Source: Chiloscyllium plagiosum (Eukaryota). From it: a stretch of 64,000 bases of DNA. Numbering within the stretch: position 1 is the first letter of the stretch; every line of letters begins with the position of its first letter. The translations under genes were made by a program, and so were the position numbers. A model generated the notes under the pieces. That model worked only from the letters and a program-made list of their open reading frames with translations, was not told where the DNA came from and made no database searches. The stretch covers positions 5,811,474-5,875,473 of the forward strand of contig NC_057755.1 in NCBI RefSeq assembly GCF_004010195.1, given 5' to 3'. Positions 41,291 to 53,242 of the stretch are shown here, one piece after another.

Positions 41291-41669
41291 TCAATTGATT
41301 ACAAATAATCTAAAATGCATTTGTAATGACGCATTTCCCTGCCTCTGACATGGTTTCTTTCTATTCGATGACCTTGAGCATGTTTGCAACACTATTTTTG
41401 AAGTTATACCAAATAGCCATCGTCCTTTACTTCGATCTATCACCAATAAATCACACATCCAGCTCTCTGTGACATTATTCCTTTCCACTACCAGCTCTGC
41501 CTGCACTGTATTCAATATGATTTAGCTGTCTGGCGTAATCATTCTGCACTTCATTGCCCTAATTGGATAGGAGTTCGCCCATCCACCATTTCTACACAGA
41601 AGCTTTGTGCCTCAATTAAAGAAATATCCTCTTTCTCCGACATTTGGGTCAGGAATTAATATTATACTC

Positions 41670-43480
41670 ACTTCTTGTGAGTGTAAATTAAATATGTTTT
41701 TATAATTCATATCATTTTCGCCAAACGTTGCAAGATTAAAATGCAAGAAATTCCAAGAGTATTGAACACCCAAAAATATTTCACTGTACAACTAATTACA
41801 GAGTGCAGTTAATATGGAATGCCAAAAAGTGCAAATATTATCCTGCACAAGTAAGAAATGCCTTCTGAATGTTTAGTTGGATTGAGTCCACCTCCAAACT
41901 TTGTCCAGTTTTCATTTGTGACTGTACAGAACTGGATTTATTCAGTTATTATGTGTGTACTTAAAGTTTTTTTTTAAATTAACTACATTTTTGAAATAGA
42001 CAAATTAATGCAGTATATGAACATGGAAGATACAAGCATTTCCTTTCGTGACAATTAATTAATATTGTCGTCTTCACTCTTGCTTATATTTTCGTCGTAG
42101 GCTTTAATTCTGGAAATTTGAAAACTGCTCTCATAATGTTGTACTGCTATTGGCATTATTAAAGTTATAATGGACTTGTTCTTTCCAACAAAAATGCACT
42201 GGGCCGAAATTCGTCATTATAATTTGTAGCAATTTTCTGATTCTGTGAATTAAGTGCCTGTATTTGTTGAACTGATTATTCACAGTTGCCGGTCACAGAT
42301 TTACTTCCGAGAAAACGAAAATGGTCTGACTAATGTCCACACAACATGACAATGTAAAACATAAATACTCTCATTCATAGAAGGATATGGGAACATCGAA
42401 AGTCGTATCATTGAATCTGTGGTGATGGAATTGATACTCTGAGAGTAGACTTTCAATGCGTTTGTTTTTCTATTTTAACGTTGATCGAAGTGGTGCTGTT
42501 GAGGCTGAATGCCAAGTCGAGATGAAACGAACGGTAATGAAGTCAAGCTCATATTCTGCTTACTGTCATTTTTTTTTAAAAAATCATTAATTTAGAGAAC
42601 ATAATGTCGAAAAATGTTGCAAGTGCAATATTATCAATATAATCTCACCAAGGTGCCAGTCAGTAGCTCTGAGATTTGATCAACAGAACGGTAAACGAAA
42701 CCATTACTTGCACGGGAGACATTATTGATTCTGGAAAGAACCTTAAGTGTGCAGGACGTCCAGAAATTGTATTACATAATCATTGCTGTCCTTGGTCTGC
42801 CTTGAAAATTAAAATTCACATTTCAGAACATTCAATTTTTATTTCATGTCTGATAATTATACATGGTGATCACTTCAGCAGGTCACTTGTTCAAATGTCT
42901 AGTTGTGACTCCGAACTATTGTTCCTCCTCTTAGATGATAATAAACCGCTGTATGTTAATAAGAGACTTTCCAACATTGATATGCCGCCTTGAGTGCAAT
43001 GTCCTGGAGCATTCAAATTAACAACAACGGATGCAAAATTACTGAGGCACGACATTACGGGGAATATGTTCCTATCGATCTACAAAACCCGTACCACAAT
43101 GGTGTCAGGAGATTTTATCAAGCTGTTATTGTTCTTTCTGGATATATATCAGGGTATAATCGCTCTGAGTGCAGGACATTTACTGTCACTAAATCAAATA
43201 TTATATTTTGAAACACATTTTACCTGGTGTGTATTTACATTCAATTGGGCATCTTTGACTTTACTTTTATAAATTATAAAACAGCAGGGGATTCAAGTAT
43301 TTGCAACATTTTTCAGTGAACTTAAAGCAATCAACTTCAAGTCAATCCCAAGCACTAGTCGGAAACAATTAACAATGTGCAAGCAAAGACCAATAGAGAT
43401 CATTGAATTAAATTAGGATCTCATCAAAAGTGCAGCTATTTTCAATAAGAGGCAATTGTTTGGTCTCAGTCAATCAGTCT
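41670..43480 (+). repeat. Duplicated 3' flank of GPR139-like genes (other copies: 1055-2830 minus; 50080-50430 + 53248-53860 plus)
   Basis: For example gctgttgaggctgaatgccaagt at 42.5 kb, gctgttcaggttgagtgccaagt at 53.67 kb, and reverse complement acttggcactcagcctcaacaac at 2.0 kb. Confidence 0.82.
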
Positions 43481-43731
43481 CATTGTATTTCATGTGCCAT
43501 TAGAGTTTCTGTGTGAGCATGGGATGAACGTAATGATGCGACAAGGTAATCTAAAAGGGAATGGGAGTTGCAAGTGGTCTGAGGAACAAAGCAACAAAAG
43601 TGAGTTAAATGGGAATGCATCTGAAATATCGCCAAATGCTGCACATGGACTGATTAAAGGAAATACTTTTGCAATTCTTAAGAAATATGTTTTCTTTATT
43701 TCAAATCTGAAATGGTATCGCTATCGTTCTG

Positions 43732-43902
43732 CAGGGTATAAACCCTGGTAGCTAATTGCCATCTTTCTACAACGTACAACAATTGGCAGCTCCTTACCAT
43801 CTTTCTACAGGATACAAACCCTGGCAGCTCATTGCCATAGCTCTATTGTGACCAAGACCTGGCAGCTCATTGCGAAAGTTCTTCAAGGTACAGAACATGG
43901 CA
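43732..43902 (+). repeat. 38-bp minisatellite, ~4.5 diverged copies
   Basis: Units start at 43732, 43770, 43808, 43846 and 43884; consensus ~caggatacaaaccctggcagctcattgccatctttcta. Confidence 0.85.
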
Positions 43903-45579
43903 CAAACCTGCTTCATTTTTCAAGTCCCTTCCTCTATAACTTCAAAAGTGTGATTTTTGCTGATGGTTGTGATACGCTCTTCCATTAGTTAACCACATGT
44001 ACTTATATTACCATTTAGGCATAGGTATTTGTGACTTTTTTTTACAAAAAGGAAATAAAATGTTTGAACGAGAGTTCATAAACTACTACAAAGTATCAAT
44101 TGAATATCAATGAATAGCTCAGCAGAATGCATTAACGTCCGCGATGGTGGAGTAGACAAAAACAGTTGTTCTGTAACTTCAATGTTTTTTTTCCCTTTTG
44201 TCAGAGTTGAGCTGTCGTGTCTCTGCATAATGTATCATTTCAGACAAATGGAATACAACGCAGCGTCATTAACTGTTAATTTTGCTTTCATTGAAAAACA
44301 TGACATTGACAACACGTATCTCATCTGCAAAACAAAAGCGAATTAATATTCCATATTTCATATAAGTTAACAGCCTGAGACTCACCATTTGCCAGAAACT
44401 GTTGTAAGCAAAATATTGCCATGAACATTTGACAAGATATAATTGTGTGGTTCTGGGGTTTTATTGTCACAAAATAAAAGACAAAAGAATTAATGACAGC
44501 ACAGCGTGACACACATTAACGTAGAAATGGCTCTTCAAATATACGAGCTTAAAATAAAAAGTGTACTATATGCTGTCGTTGGCCGACTTGGTAAATGACA
44601 ATAATAATCAAAGATCTGTACATGTTACACTGCTCTTGATAGTTTTACGCTTAGACCACAACGGTACACGCTGTTCATCAGGCAGTCAATTGTTAGATAA
44701 ATGAGATGATTTGTCTCTGTAATTTCATTTTATCTCTTCAAATGTTAGTTATCTGCTTGAATCGCAAATGCATTCTCGCAATTATTTACTGCCTTTTGTG
44801 TAATGCTGTGCAGTGTTAGAAAGGACAGCACAAACATTCTTAGGAAAACATCTGGAAACATCTGTACCTGGAGATTTATGTTCGCTGTCACGAACAGTTC
44901 TCTGCCATTCTGTTGTGTTTTTGTGGATCTCCATATATTTACATTTGTAATTTTTTCTCACTGGAAGTAATGAACGTAGTTCAATTATGAAATAGCACAC
45001 ATTTTAGCCCTGTCGAAGGACTTGTGTCCGAAATGTCGATTTTCCTACTCCTCCGATGCTTCCTGGCCTGTGTGGCTTTTCCAGCACCATTCTAATCTTG
45101 AACCTGATCTCCTCCGTCTACAGTACTCAGTTTGGCCATATATTAGACAAACATTCTGTTATGTTATGTTGAAAATTTACTTTTATATGCCGGTCATTTT
45201 GCAGTTGTTCAAAATAAATAGTGGATATTTCATGCAGATTCATGGCTTTCACTGACTTATAGTTACTTTTTCAAGGAGACCCATCCGTTAGACAGACGTA
45301 GCGGGTGAAAATGAATAGAATAAAACAGGAGGCCAAGCGAGAAATATTGAAGTCACACCGAGCGTGTCTGCTTCACAAGCAGTTCTGGACTGACGCAAGT
45401 TTAGCAAGAATTGACTGCAGGGGACAATTCTGCAACTTCTGGAAGAAAATGTGATTGCTTGCTCTGCCCCATTTCTTGGAGAAATTAACAGAGAACCAGA
45501 AATAGTTTCGATGAATACCAAATTAAGTCATGTCTTCTTAAAAAGAGTAGTCATGATTTCTTCAGATCATATAGTTGCA

Positions 45580-46330
45580 TAACAAGCTAAATAGCTCCCT
45601 CTGTCGACTAGCCCATGCCGAACAAATATCCTAAATCATCGAGTCCCATTTTGCAGCATTCTGCAAACATCTCTCTATATCCTTCTTATTCAGTCATCCT
45701 CCAGATTCCTTTGAAATATGGGAATTGTGCAAGCTTGCACCTCTTCTAAGGCAACTCACTGCATACACGCACGACCCTCTGCATGAAATGATTGTTCTTA
45801 GTTCCCTTCTACATCGTTTATCCATCTGCTTAAAACTATTCCCTGTGATTTTGCACTCCCCCTATCCTGGCAAAAAAAGACTTTGGCAATTATCTGCATC
45901 AGAGTGCATCATGATTTTACCAACCTTAACCTCCGATATTACAGTAAAAATAACCCCATCCGACTCAGCCTCTTCCGATAGCTCCACCATTCCTGCATTG
46001 GCAAGATCCCTAAAAATTGTTTCAGAAGCCTTGAAGGCTTTAAACACATCTGTAATATAGGTAGGAAAGCAGACTTTAATGCAATATTTCAAACGGGATC
46101 GAACAAATGTCCTGTACAGACGTAACATTACTTCAATGACTACTAATATACACAAGTGTATGAAATTTCATGTTAGCTCCATGTCTATCTTTGAACCCAG
46201 CTTTCAGAAACAGTGAATATACATACTAAGCTCACTTTGTCTGGCAACAATGTCCGTAATCCTGCGCTAATTCTCCTAACCAACGCACAATACCTCACTT
46301 TTAGCTAAGTTAAAGACTCTCTGTCACGAC
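45580..46330 (-). mobile_element. Old CR1 3' fragment
   Basis: EVMLRLYRTFVRSRLKYCIKVCFP motif. Confidence 0.65.
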
Positions 46331-48360
46331 TGGGGCCAATAGCAAAAGTGTGCGCAATCAGAAACAATAATGGTACAACATTCAATCACTATATGAAAAT
46401 TGAATGCACCTGGAATTATTACGTTGTGGTTCATTTTAGTGGACAATCGACTTCTTCCTTATGCTCAGGAACCCACAGCCTGGAGTCACAGATACAAATG
46501 AGAAAACACAGCTGTTTCCACAATGTTGCATCCAGTTATTTCAGATCGACACATGGATTCCACTGAACCAGTATTGGCATAATTAGGCATTCGACATTTC
46601 ATAAAATATCACCTTCAAATTACAACAATACTCTTACCAGTGGAAACTGGTCTTGGGATTCCTTACGCACTGAAATATTTGGTGAATAGACCAGTTACGG
46701 GGACTCTGCTAATGCTTTCCAAAATGGTCTGTCAAGATTTACAGATATTAACTGCAGTTGTACATTACTTATATTAAGGCCAACTGTCAGACTTTCTGTA
46801 GATACCTCTCCATTATGTAAAAAAGCATGATAGTTTTCATTCTGTCATATTTGGATTGTCCTTATGCTTGTTCCACTAAGCAAGAGCCATGGATTCTTCG
46901 CATCTAATTTCTAATAATTACGAAAGTGCCATTTCGCCATTGCTTGCAATGTCAAGTTTTTCAGGAGTTGCAACGGAGGGAGATAATGTCATAAATATGG
47001 TTTGGCATGTGTTATTTCATCACTCCGACAAGTGAGTACAAAAGTTGCCAAATCCGGTTGCAGCTGTACAAAACTTTAAATGAGTCACATTTCGAGTATT
47101 GTGTGCAGTTCTAGTGAATAAAAGTGGCCTTGTGCGGTGTGCAAAGTAGGTTGATCCGCCTTGGTGTGCATGAGTTTTAAGGAGAGACTAACAAAATTGC
47201 ATTGTTTACCCAGAGTAGCGGAGGCTGTGGAGAGTTCTGATTAAAGTATATAAAATCATGGTGCATGGATAGAGTTAAAAGTCGGCGGCAAACTTTTCAG
47301 CAAGAGTGAGAACTTCCCAACGTGTTGAGCTTATGTTTTCTTCTCTCTACACATATATTGGCAGACCTGCTGATTTTCTCCATCAATATCTGTCCCTATT
47401 CCATAACAACTGCCTTTCTTTGTCTGAATACATGTAAGTATATCTGGATTTGCAGGAACTTCGAAGGCAGCAATGGAAGAGTTTTTGGAGTAATCCAAAT
47501 TTTAAGATTATATATGAAATACGTCAAAAAACAACGTTATGTTGCATGATTGGTGATTATTTCAGAAGAGGAATAGTAAAAGGAGTTTTGATGCGTTGAC
47601 CGTATTACCAGACAGAAGCAACAGAAGTAATAAATAGTGCCACATTCCTTACTTCTTGATTTCCCGCAGGGTAATTTTCAATGGAAGATCCATTTGTCAT
47701 TATAAAAGTTGCATCATTTGTAGTATTGGAAAAACGTTGAACTTCAAAATACAGCAACAGAAGAATACATTCAGGCCTTTGGGCTTACATGAACATTCAA
47801 TAAGATCTTGAACAATCATTTTTCTCAATGCTAATTCCTTTTTCATATTACACAATATTTCGTCAGCAGTAGGCAAAGTAATCATCAGCAAGACCTTTTG
47901 ATTGATTCACATTTTCAACTGCAAGATTGGCATTTCTCCTCCACAGTCTGAAACATTGCCACAGCTTGGATTTCGACGCTGAGAAATTCCAGGATAGTGT
48001 GCAACACCACCATTCTGGTGTGAGATTTGGAGCCATTTGGAGGCCAAAGCAAAACTTAATTTTGCCCCGAATGAATCTTTTCCCCTTGTTTATGGAAGAC
48101 AGTTGTACTTTTGGTTTTCTTTTTTTTTGCTTTGCTTTGTTTTCCAAAAAAAAAACGATTCTGCTTCAATAGAATCGACGCGTCGACCTGAACTAACCAT
48201 ATGCAACATTTGTGGAAACAGTTGTGTTTTCTCATTGAGATCAGTGACTCCAGCCTGTGGGTTGATGATGGATAGAGAAGAATTTGATTGTCCAATAAAA
48301 GTAATCACAGCACTTTATTTCTAGGTGCATTAAACTTTCATACCGTGATTGAATGTTGTA

Positions 48361-49940
48361 GAATGGTTTTGTTATGTCAAACCGAGCTTTTATACTGATC
48401 ATGGATGAGTGGATTTTGAGTGCTTTGCTAAACCATTAACTCTACTGCTCCCCTTCGCTCTAACTCTGTTGATCAATGGTGTGACTGTCAGACACTTTTT
48501 AGCATCCAAACAGGTCTGTGAGGAACTGAATTCCACTACCAAACAATCCAAATGGCCTCCTTCTTCAGAGACTGCAATTTCCCCTCCAACGTGGTCGACG
48601 ATCCTCTCCATCGCATCTCCTCCACTTCCCGCTCCTCCAGTCTTGAACCCCGGCCCTCCAATCGCCACCAGAACAAAACCCCACTGGTCCTCAACTGCCA
48701 CCCCACCAACCTCCGGATACATTGTATCATCCTCCATCATTTCCGCCCCCTCCAAACAGACCCCACCATCAGGGATATATTCCCCTGCCCAACCTTGTCA
48801 GCGTTCCGGAAAGACCACTCCCTCGGCGACTCCCTCGTCAGGTTCACACCCCCCACCAACCCAACCTACACTCCCCGCACCTTCCCCTGCAAACGCAAGA
48901 ATTGCAAAACTTGTGCGCACATCTCCCACCTCACCTCCCTCCAAGGCCCCAATGTATCCTTCCATATCCATCGCAAATTCACCTGCACCTCCACACACAT
49001 CATTTACTGTATTCGTTGCTACCGATGTGGTCTCCTCCACATTGGGGAGACAGGCCGCAATTTGGAACGTTACAAGGAACACCTCTGGGACACCCGCACC
49101 AACCAACCCAACCATCCCGTGGCTGAACACTTTAGCTCCCCTTCCCACTCCGCTAAGGACATGCAGGTCCTTGGCCTCCTCCACAGCCAGACACTGAGCA
49201 CACGATGCCTGGAGGAAGAGCGCCTCATCGTCTGCCTAGGAACCCTCTAACCACACGGGATGAATGTAGATTTCTCCCGATTCCTCCTTTCTCCTCCCCC
49301 CACCTTTTCTCAGTCCCAACCCCCGGATTCAACGCCGCCCTCGTGACCTGCAATCTTCTTCCCGACCTCTCCGCCCCACCCCCTCTCCGGCCTATCACCC
49401 TCAGCGTCACCTCCTTCCTCCTGTCGTATTCCCAGTGCCCATCCCCCAAATCCCTTCCCCGCTACCTTTTATCTCAGCCCGCCTGGCACACCAGCCTCAT
49501 TCCTATAGAAGGGCTTGTGCCCGAAAAGTCGATTCTCCTGCTCCTCGGATGCTGCCTGGCCTGCTGTGTTTTTCCATCATCACATTTTTCAACTCTGGTC
49601 TCCAGCAACTGCAGTCCTCACTTTCTCCCGAAGTCCCGCAGCAATGGGGAGAATAACAGCGACCTAGAAATGGAAAGCAGGGGGAAATCTTTCATTTTAC
49701 TTTTCACCACATCCGTTAGCTTTATAATTCTGTTGTTGAAGTAGATCATAAATTTCTTTCATCACTCCTTTAAAGGAACATTTCACAGAGTCCGACCTGG
49801 TATTACCAGATTTTGGATTCATGTTGCAGAATTTAAGTTGTTGCAGGAACACATTTATTTATGCAGCAACCCAGTCTAAGTTCAGAGTGAAAATGAAGAA
49901 CGCGTTGACATATTTGGTTTCATAACTTTATAAAATGAAT
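48361..49940 (+). pseudogene. GPR139-like pseudogene (3' half), interrupted by a Penelope insertion at 48531-49632
   Basis: Left part reads EWFCYVKPSFYTDHG*VDFECFAKPLTLLLPFALTLLINGVTVRHFLASKQVCEELK. The right part resumes at SRSNGENNSDLEMESRGKSFILLFTTSVSFIILL ... FMLQNLSCCRNTFIYAATQSKFR. Confidence 0.88.
48531..49632 (+). mobile_element. Penelope-like retroelement, 5'-truncated (RT C-terminus, GIY-YIG endonuclease, 3' terminal repeat)
   Basis: ORF 48552-49250 has CKRKNCKTC and IIYCIRCYRCGLLHIGETGRNLERYKEH (GIY-YIG). Degenerate hammerhead at ~49500-49535. GAA is duplicated at both junctions. Confidence 0.88.
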
Positions 49941-50430
49941 GAGTGACTTTTACATTTGAGAGAGTGCTGGGCTATATCACAGTGTTTTCAGTCTGTATAT
50001 GCCAGGTTTAAGCTTAACAATCGCATTAGGTAAATGGTTAAAGTTGTGATGGTGATGCACGGAGACATTGCTGGTCTGAATGTAAATTAAATACATTCAT
50101 ATCGCATAATTCATATCATTTTCAGCAAACTTTACAAGATAAAAATGCAGGAGATTCTAAAGGTATTGAACAATCAAGAATATGGCACTGTACATCTAAT
50201 TACAAAATGCAGTTATTATAAAGTATAAACATATAGCGCAAGTATTATCTTGTGCAATTAAGAAACATGAAACTGAACTGTTTAATTCGGTTGAGTCAAA
50301 CTTCAATATCTGTTCACTTTTTACTATGCTGCTTAATTAACTGTGCTGTTTTAGCATTTATGTCTGAAAATTTAAAAGAAAATCCTTTGAATAAAGAATA
50401 CTTTTGAAATAAAGGGAATGAATACAGAAT

Positions 50431-53242
50431 TTTCTCTTTCACAGAAGTAGCGGGAGCAGCAGAGGAAGTTACGAGGACCTGAGGGTTGCCGGGAAGGAAA
50501 GCAGTGAGTATAAATCCTCACCCTTCGATGTCAACGACGATTTTGAGTGCGAGCAGCAGCGGAGGTAAGACGAACCCGGAAGACTGCAGCTAAGGTAAGG
50601 CAGTTTTTAAAAATTACTTACTGGTAATGGACAGCAGTGTTTTCTTTTTAACAGAATGAGCGGGAGCAACAGAGGAAGTGATGAGGACCAGAGGGGAAGC
50701 CGGGAAGGAAAGCAGTGACCATATACATCAGCAAGGCGGCTAAACGCGAGACTCTACAACTGTAATGTCTCCCACTCGCCCTTTTCGTCTAACCTACTTA
50801 ATAAGCTAAGGTTCATTCTCAACTTCCTCTATTGAATATAAGTTTGTTGTTAATTTTATAGCAACTTGAACTAAGCTTTCTACTTTAGTACTGAGTGGGT
50901 GTTTAGATAAGTGGGATTTGGGTGCGAGGGCAGTTGCTTGCTCCTCCTGCAGAATGTGGCAGGTGGGAGACATGGCACACGTTTACTACAGGCCCTCCAA
51001 TAGCAGCAGGGATATTGAAGGAAGCATAGGTCGGCAGATTTTGGAAAACTGTGGACGAAGTAAGGTTGTTGTAATGGGTGACTTTAAATTTCCCAATATT
51101 GATTGGAACTTTCTTCGAGCAGAAGATGTGAATGGAACTGTTTCTGTTCAGGAGCGTTTCCTAACTCAGTATGTTGACACGTCGGCGAGGGGAGAGGCCA
51201 TTCTAGACTTGGTGCTCAGAAAAGGGTCGGGGCAGGTATCAGATCTTGTGGTGGGAGAGCATATTGTTGATAGTGACCACAACTGCCTCACTTTGTACAT
51301 AGCTATGGAGAAGGAAGAAGGTAGCTTATATAAGGTGGAGGAAGCTAAGGTCAATCTCGGCTCGATAGGGTTACAGGCAGGCGAGGAAGGAGCTCAAAAA
51401 TGGTCTGAGGAGAGCCAGGAGGGGGCACGAGAAAGGCTTAGAAGAACGGATTAGGGAGAACGCAAAGGCATTTTACACTTGTGAGGAATAAGAATAGAAA
51501 ACGAAAGAGTCGGGCCGATCAGAGATGGCATAAGGAACTTGTGTGAGGAGTCTGAGGAGGTAGGGGAAGCCCTAAATGAGTTTTTTGCTTCTGTCTTTAT
51601 GAAAGAAACGAATTTTGTAATGAATGAAACTTTTGAAGAGCAGGTGTGCATGCTGGAATGGTTAGAGATTGAGGAAGTTGATGTGCTGAAAATCTTGTCA
51701 AACTTTAAGATTGACAAGTCGCCAGGCCCGGACCAGATTTGTCCTCGGCTGCTTTGGGAGACGAGAAATGCAATTGCTTCGTCACTTGCAAAGATCTTTG
51801 CATCCTCACTTTCCACTGGAGTCGTACCTGAGGGCTGGAGAGAGGCAAATATAATTTTCTCTTCAAGAAATTAAATTCCCGGCAATTACAGGCCAGAAAG
51901 TCTCACGCCTGTCGTCTGCAAGATACTAGAAATGATTCTGAGGGATAGGATTTATGCCCATCTGGAAGAGCATGGCTTGGTTAAATGCAGTCAACATGGC
52001 TTTGTGAGGGGCAGATCATGCCTCACAAACCTTATCGAGTTCTTTGAGGATGTAACGAGAAATGTTGATGAGGGTCGAGCTGTGGATGTGGTGGATATGG
52101 ACTTCAGCAAGGCATTTGATCAGGTTCCCCATGGAAGGCTCATTCAGAAGGTCAGGAGGAATGGGATACAGAAGAACTTAGCTGTCTGGATAAAGAATTG
52201 GCTGGCCAACAGAAGACAGCGAGTGGTAGTAGAAGGAAAATATTCTGCCTGGAGGTTAGTGGTGAGTGGTGTTCCACAGGGCTCCGTCCTTGGGCCTCCA
52301 CTGTTTGTAATTTTTATTAATGACTTGGATGAGGGGATTGAACGATGGGTCAGCAAGTTTGCAGATGACACAAAGGTTGGAGGTGTCATTTACAGTATAG
52401 AGGGTTGTTGTAGGCTGCAGCGGGACATTGACAGGATGCAGAGATGGGCTGAGAGGTGGCAGATTAAGTTCAACCTGGATAAATGCGAGGTGATGCATTT
52501 TGGAAGGTCGAATTTGAAAGCTGAGTTCGGGAATAAGGATAGGATTCTTGCCAGTGTGGAGGAACAGAGGGATCTTGGAGTGCAGGTACATAGATCCCTT
52601 CAAATGGCCACCCAAGTGGACAGGGTTGTTAAGAAAGCATATGGTGTTTGGGCTTTCATTAACGGGGGATTGAGTTTAAGAGTCGTGAGATCTTGTTGCA
52701 GCTGTATAAAACTTTGGTTATACAGCACATAGAGTATTGCGTCCAGTTCTGGTCGCCCTATTATAGAAAAGATGTGGATGCCTAGGAGAGGGTTCAGAGG
52801 GGGTTTACCAGGATGCTGCCTGGTTTGGAGGGCTTATCCTATGAAGAGAGTTTGACTAAGCTCAGACGTTTTTCATTGCAGAAAAGGAGGAGGAGAGAGG
52901 ATCTAATTGATGTATACCAGAGGAGAGGCATAGATAGAGTCGATAGGCAGAGACTATTTCCCAGGGCAGAAATGGCTAACACGAGGGGTCATAGTTTTAA
53001 GCTGGTTGGAGGAAAGTATAGACGGGGTGTCAGAGGCAGGTTCCTAACACAGAGTTGTGACTGCATGGAATGCGTTGCCAGCAGCAGTTGTGGAAGCAAG
53101 GTCATTGGGAACAGTTAAGGGACTGCTGGACATGCATATGGTCACAGAAATGTGAGGGTGCATACATGAGGATCAATGGTCGGCAAAATATCGTGGGCTG
53201 AAGGGCCTGTTCTGAACTGTACTCTTCTATGTTCTATGTTCT
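50431..53242 (+). mobile_element. CR1 (HER1-type) LINE with both ends present but large internal deletions
   Basis: Duplicated 5'UTR unit. The ORF1 start (CSSCRMW) is fused to the endonuclease (VYYRP). RT ORF 51932-52732 has [21 protein letters not shown] and KFADDT. Tail ttctatgttctatgttct. TSD AGAAT at 50426-30 and 53243-47. Confidence 0.92.

Noticed and set aside
43732..43902. CRISPR-like array or NF-I sites
   Set aside because: Units are contiguous tandem repeats without unique spacers, in eukaryotic DNA. The palindrome spacing does not fit TTGGC-N5-GCCAA.
48409..49197. 262-aa Pro/Ser/Thr-rich ORF as a novel mucin-like protein
   Set aside because: Chimera of a receptor pseudogene fragment and an off-frame read of the Penelope insertion.
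51932..52732. 266-aa RT ORF as a functional gene
   Set aside because: Part of a deleted, frameshifted CR1.
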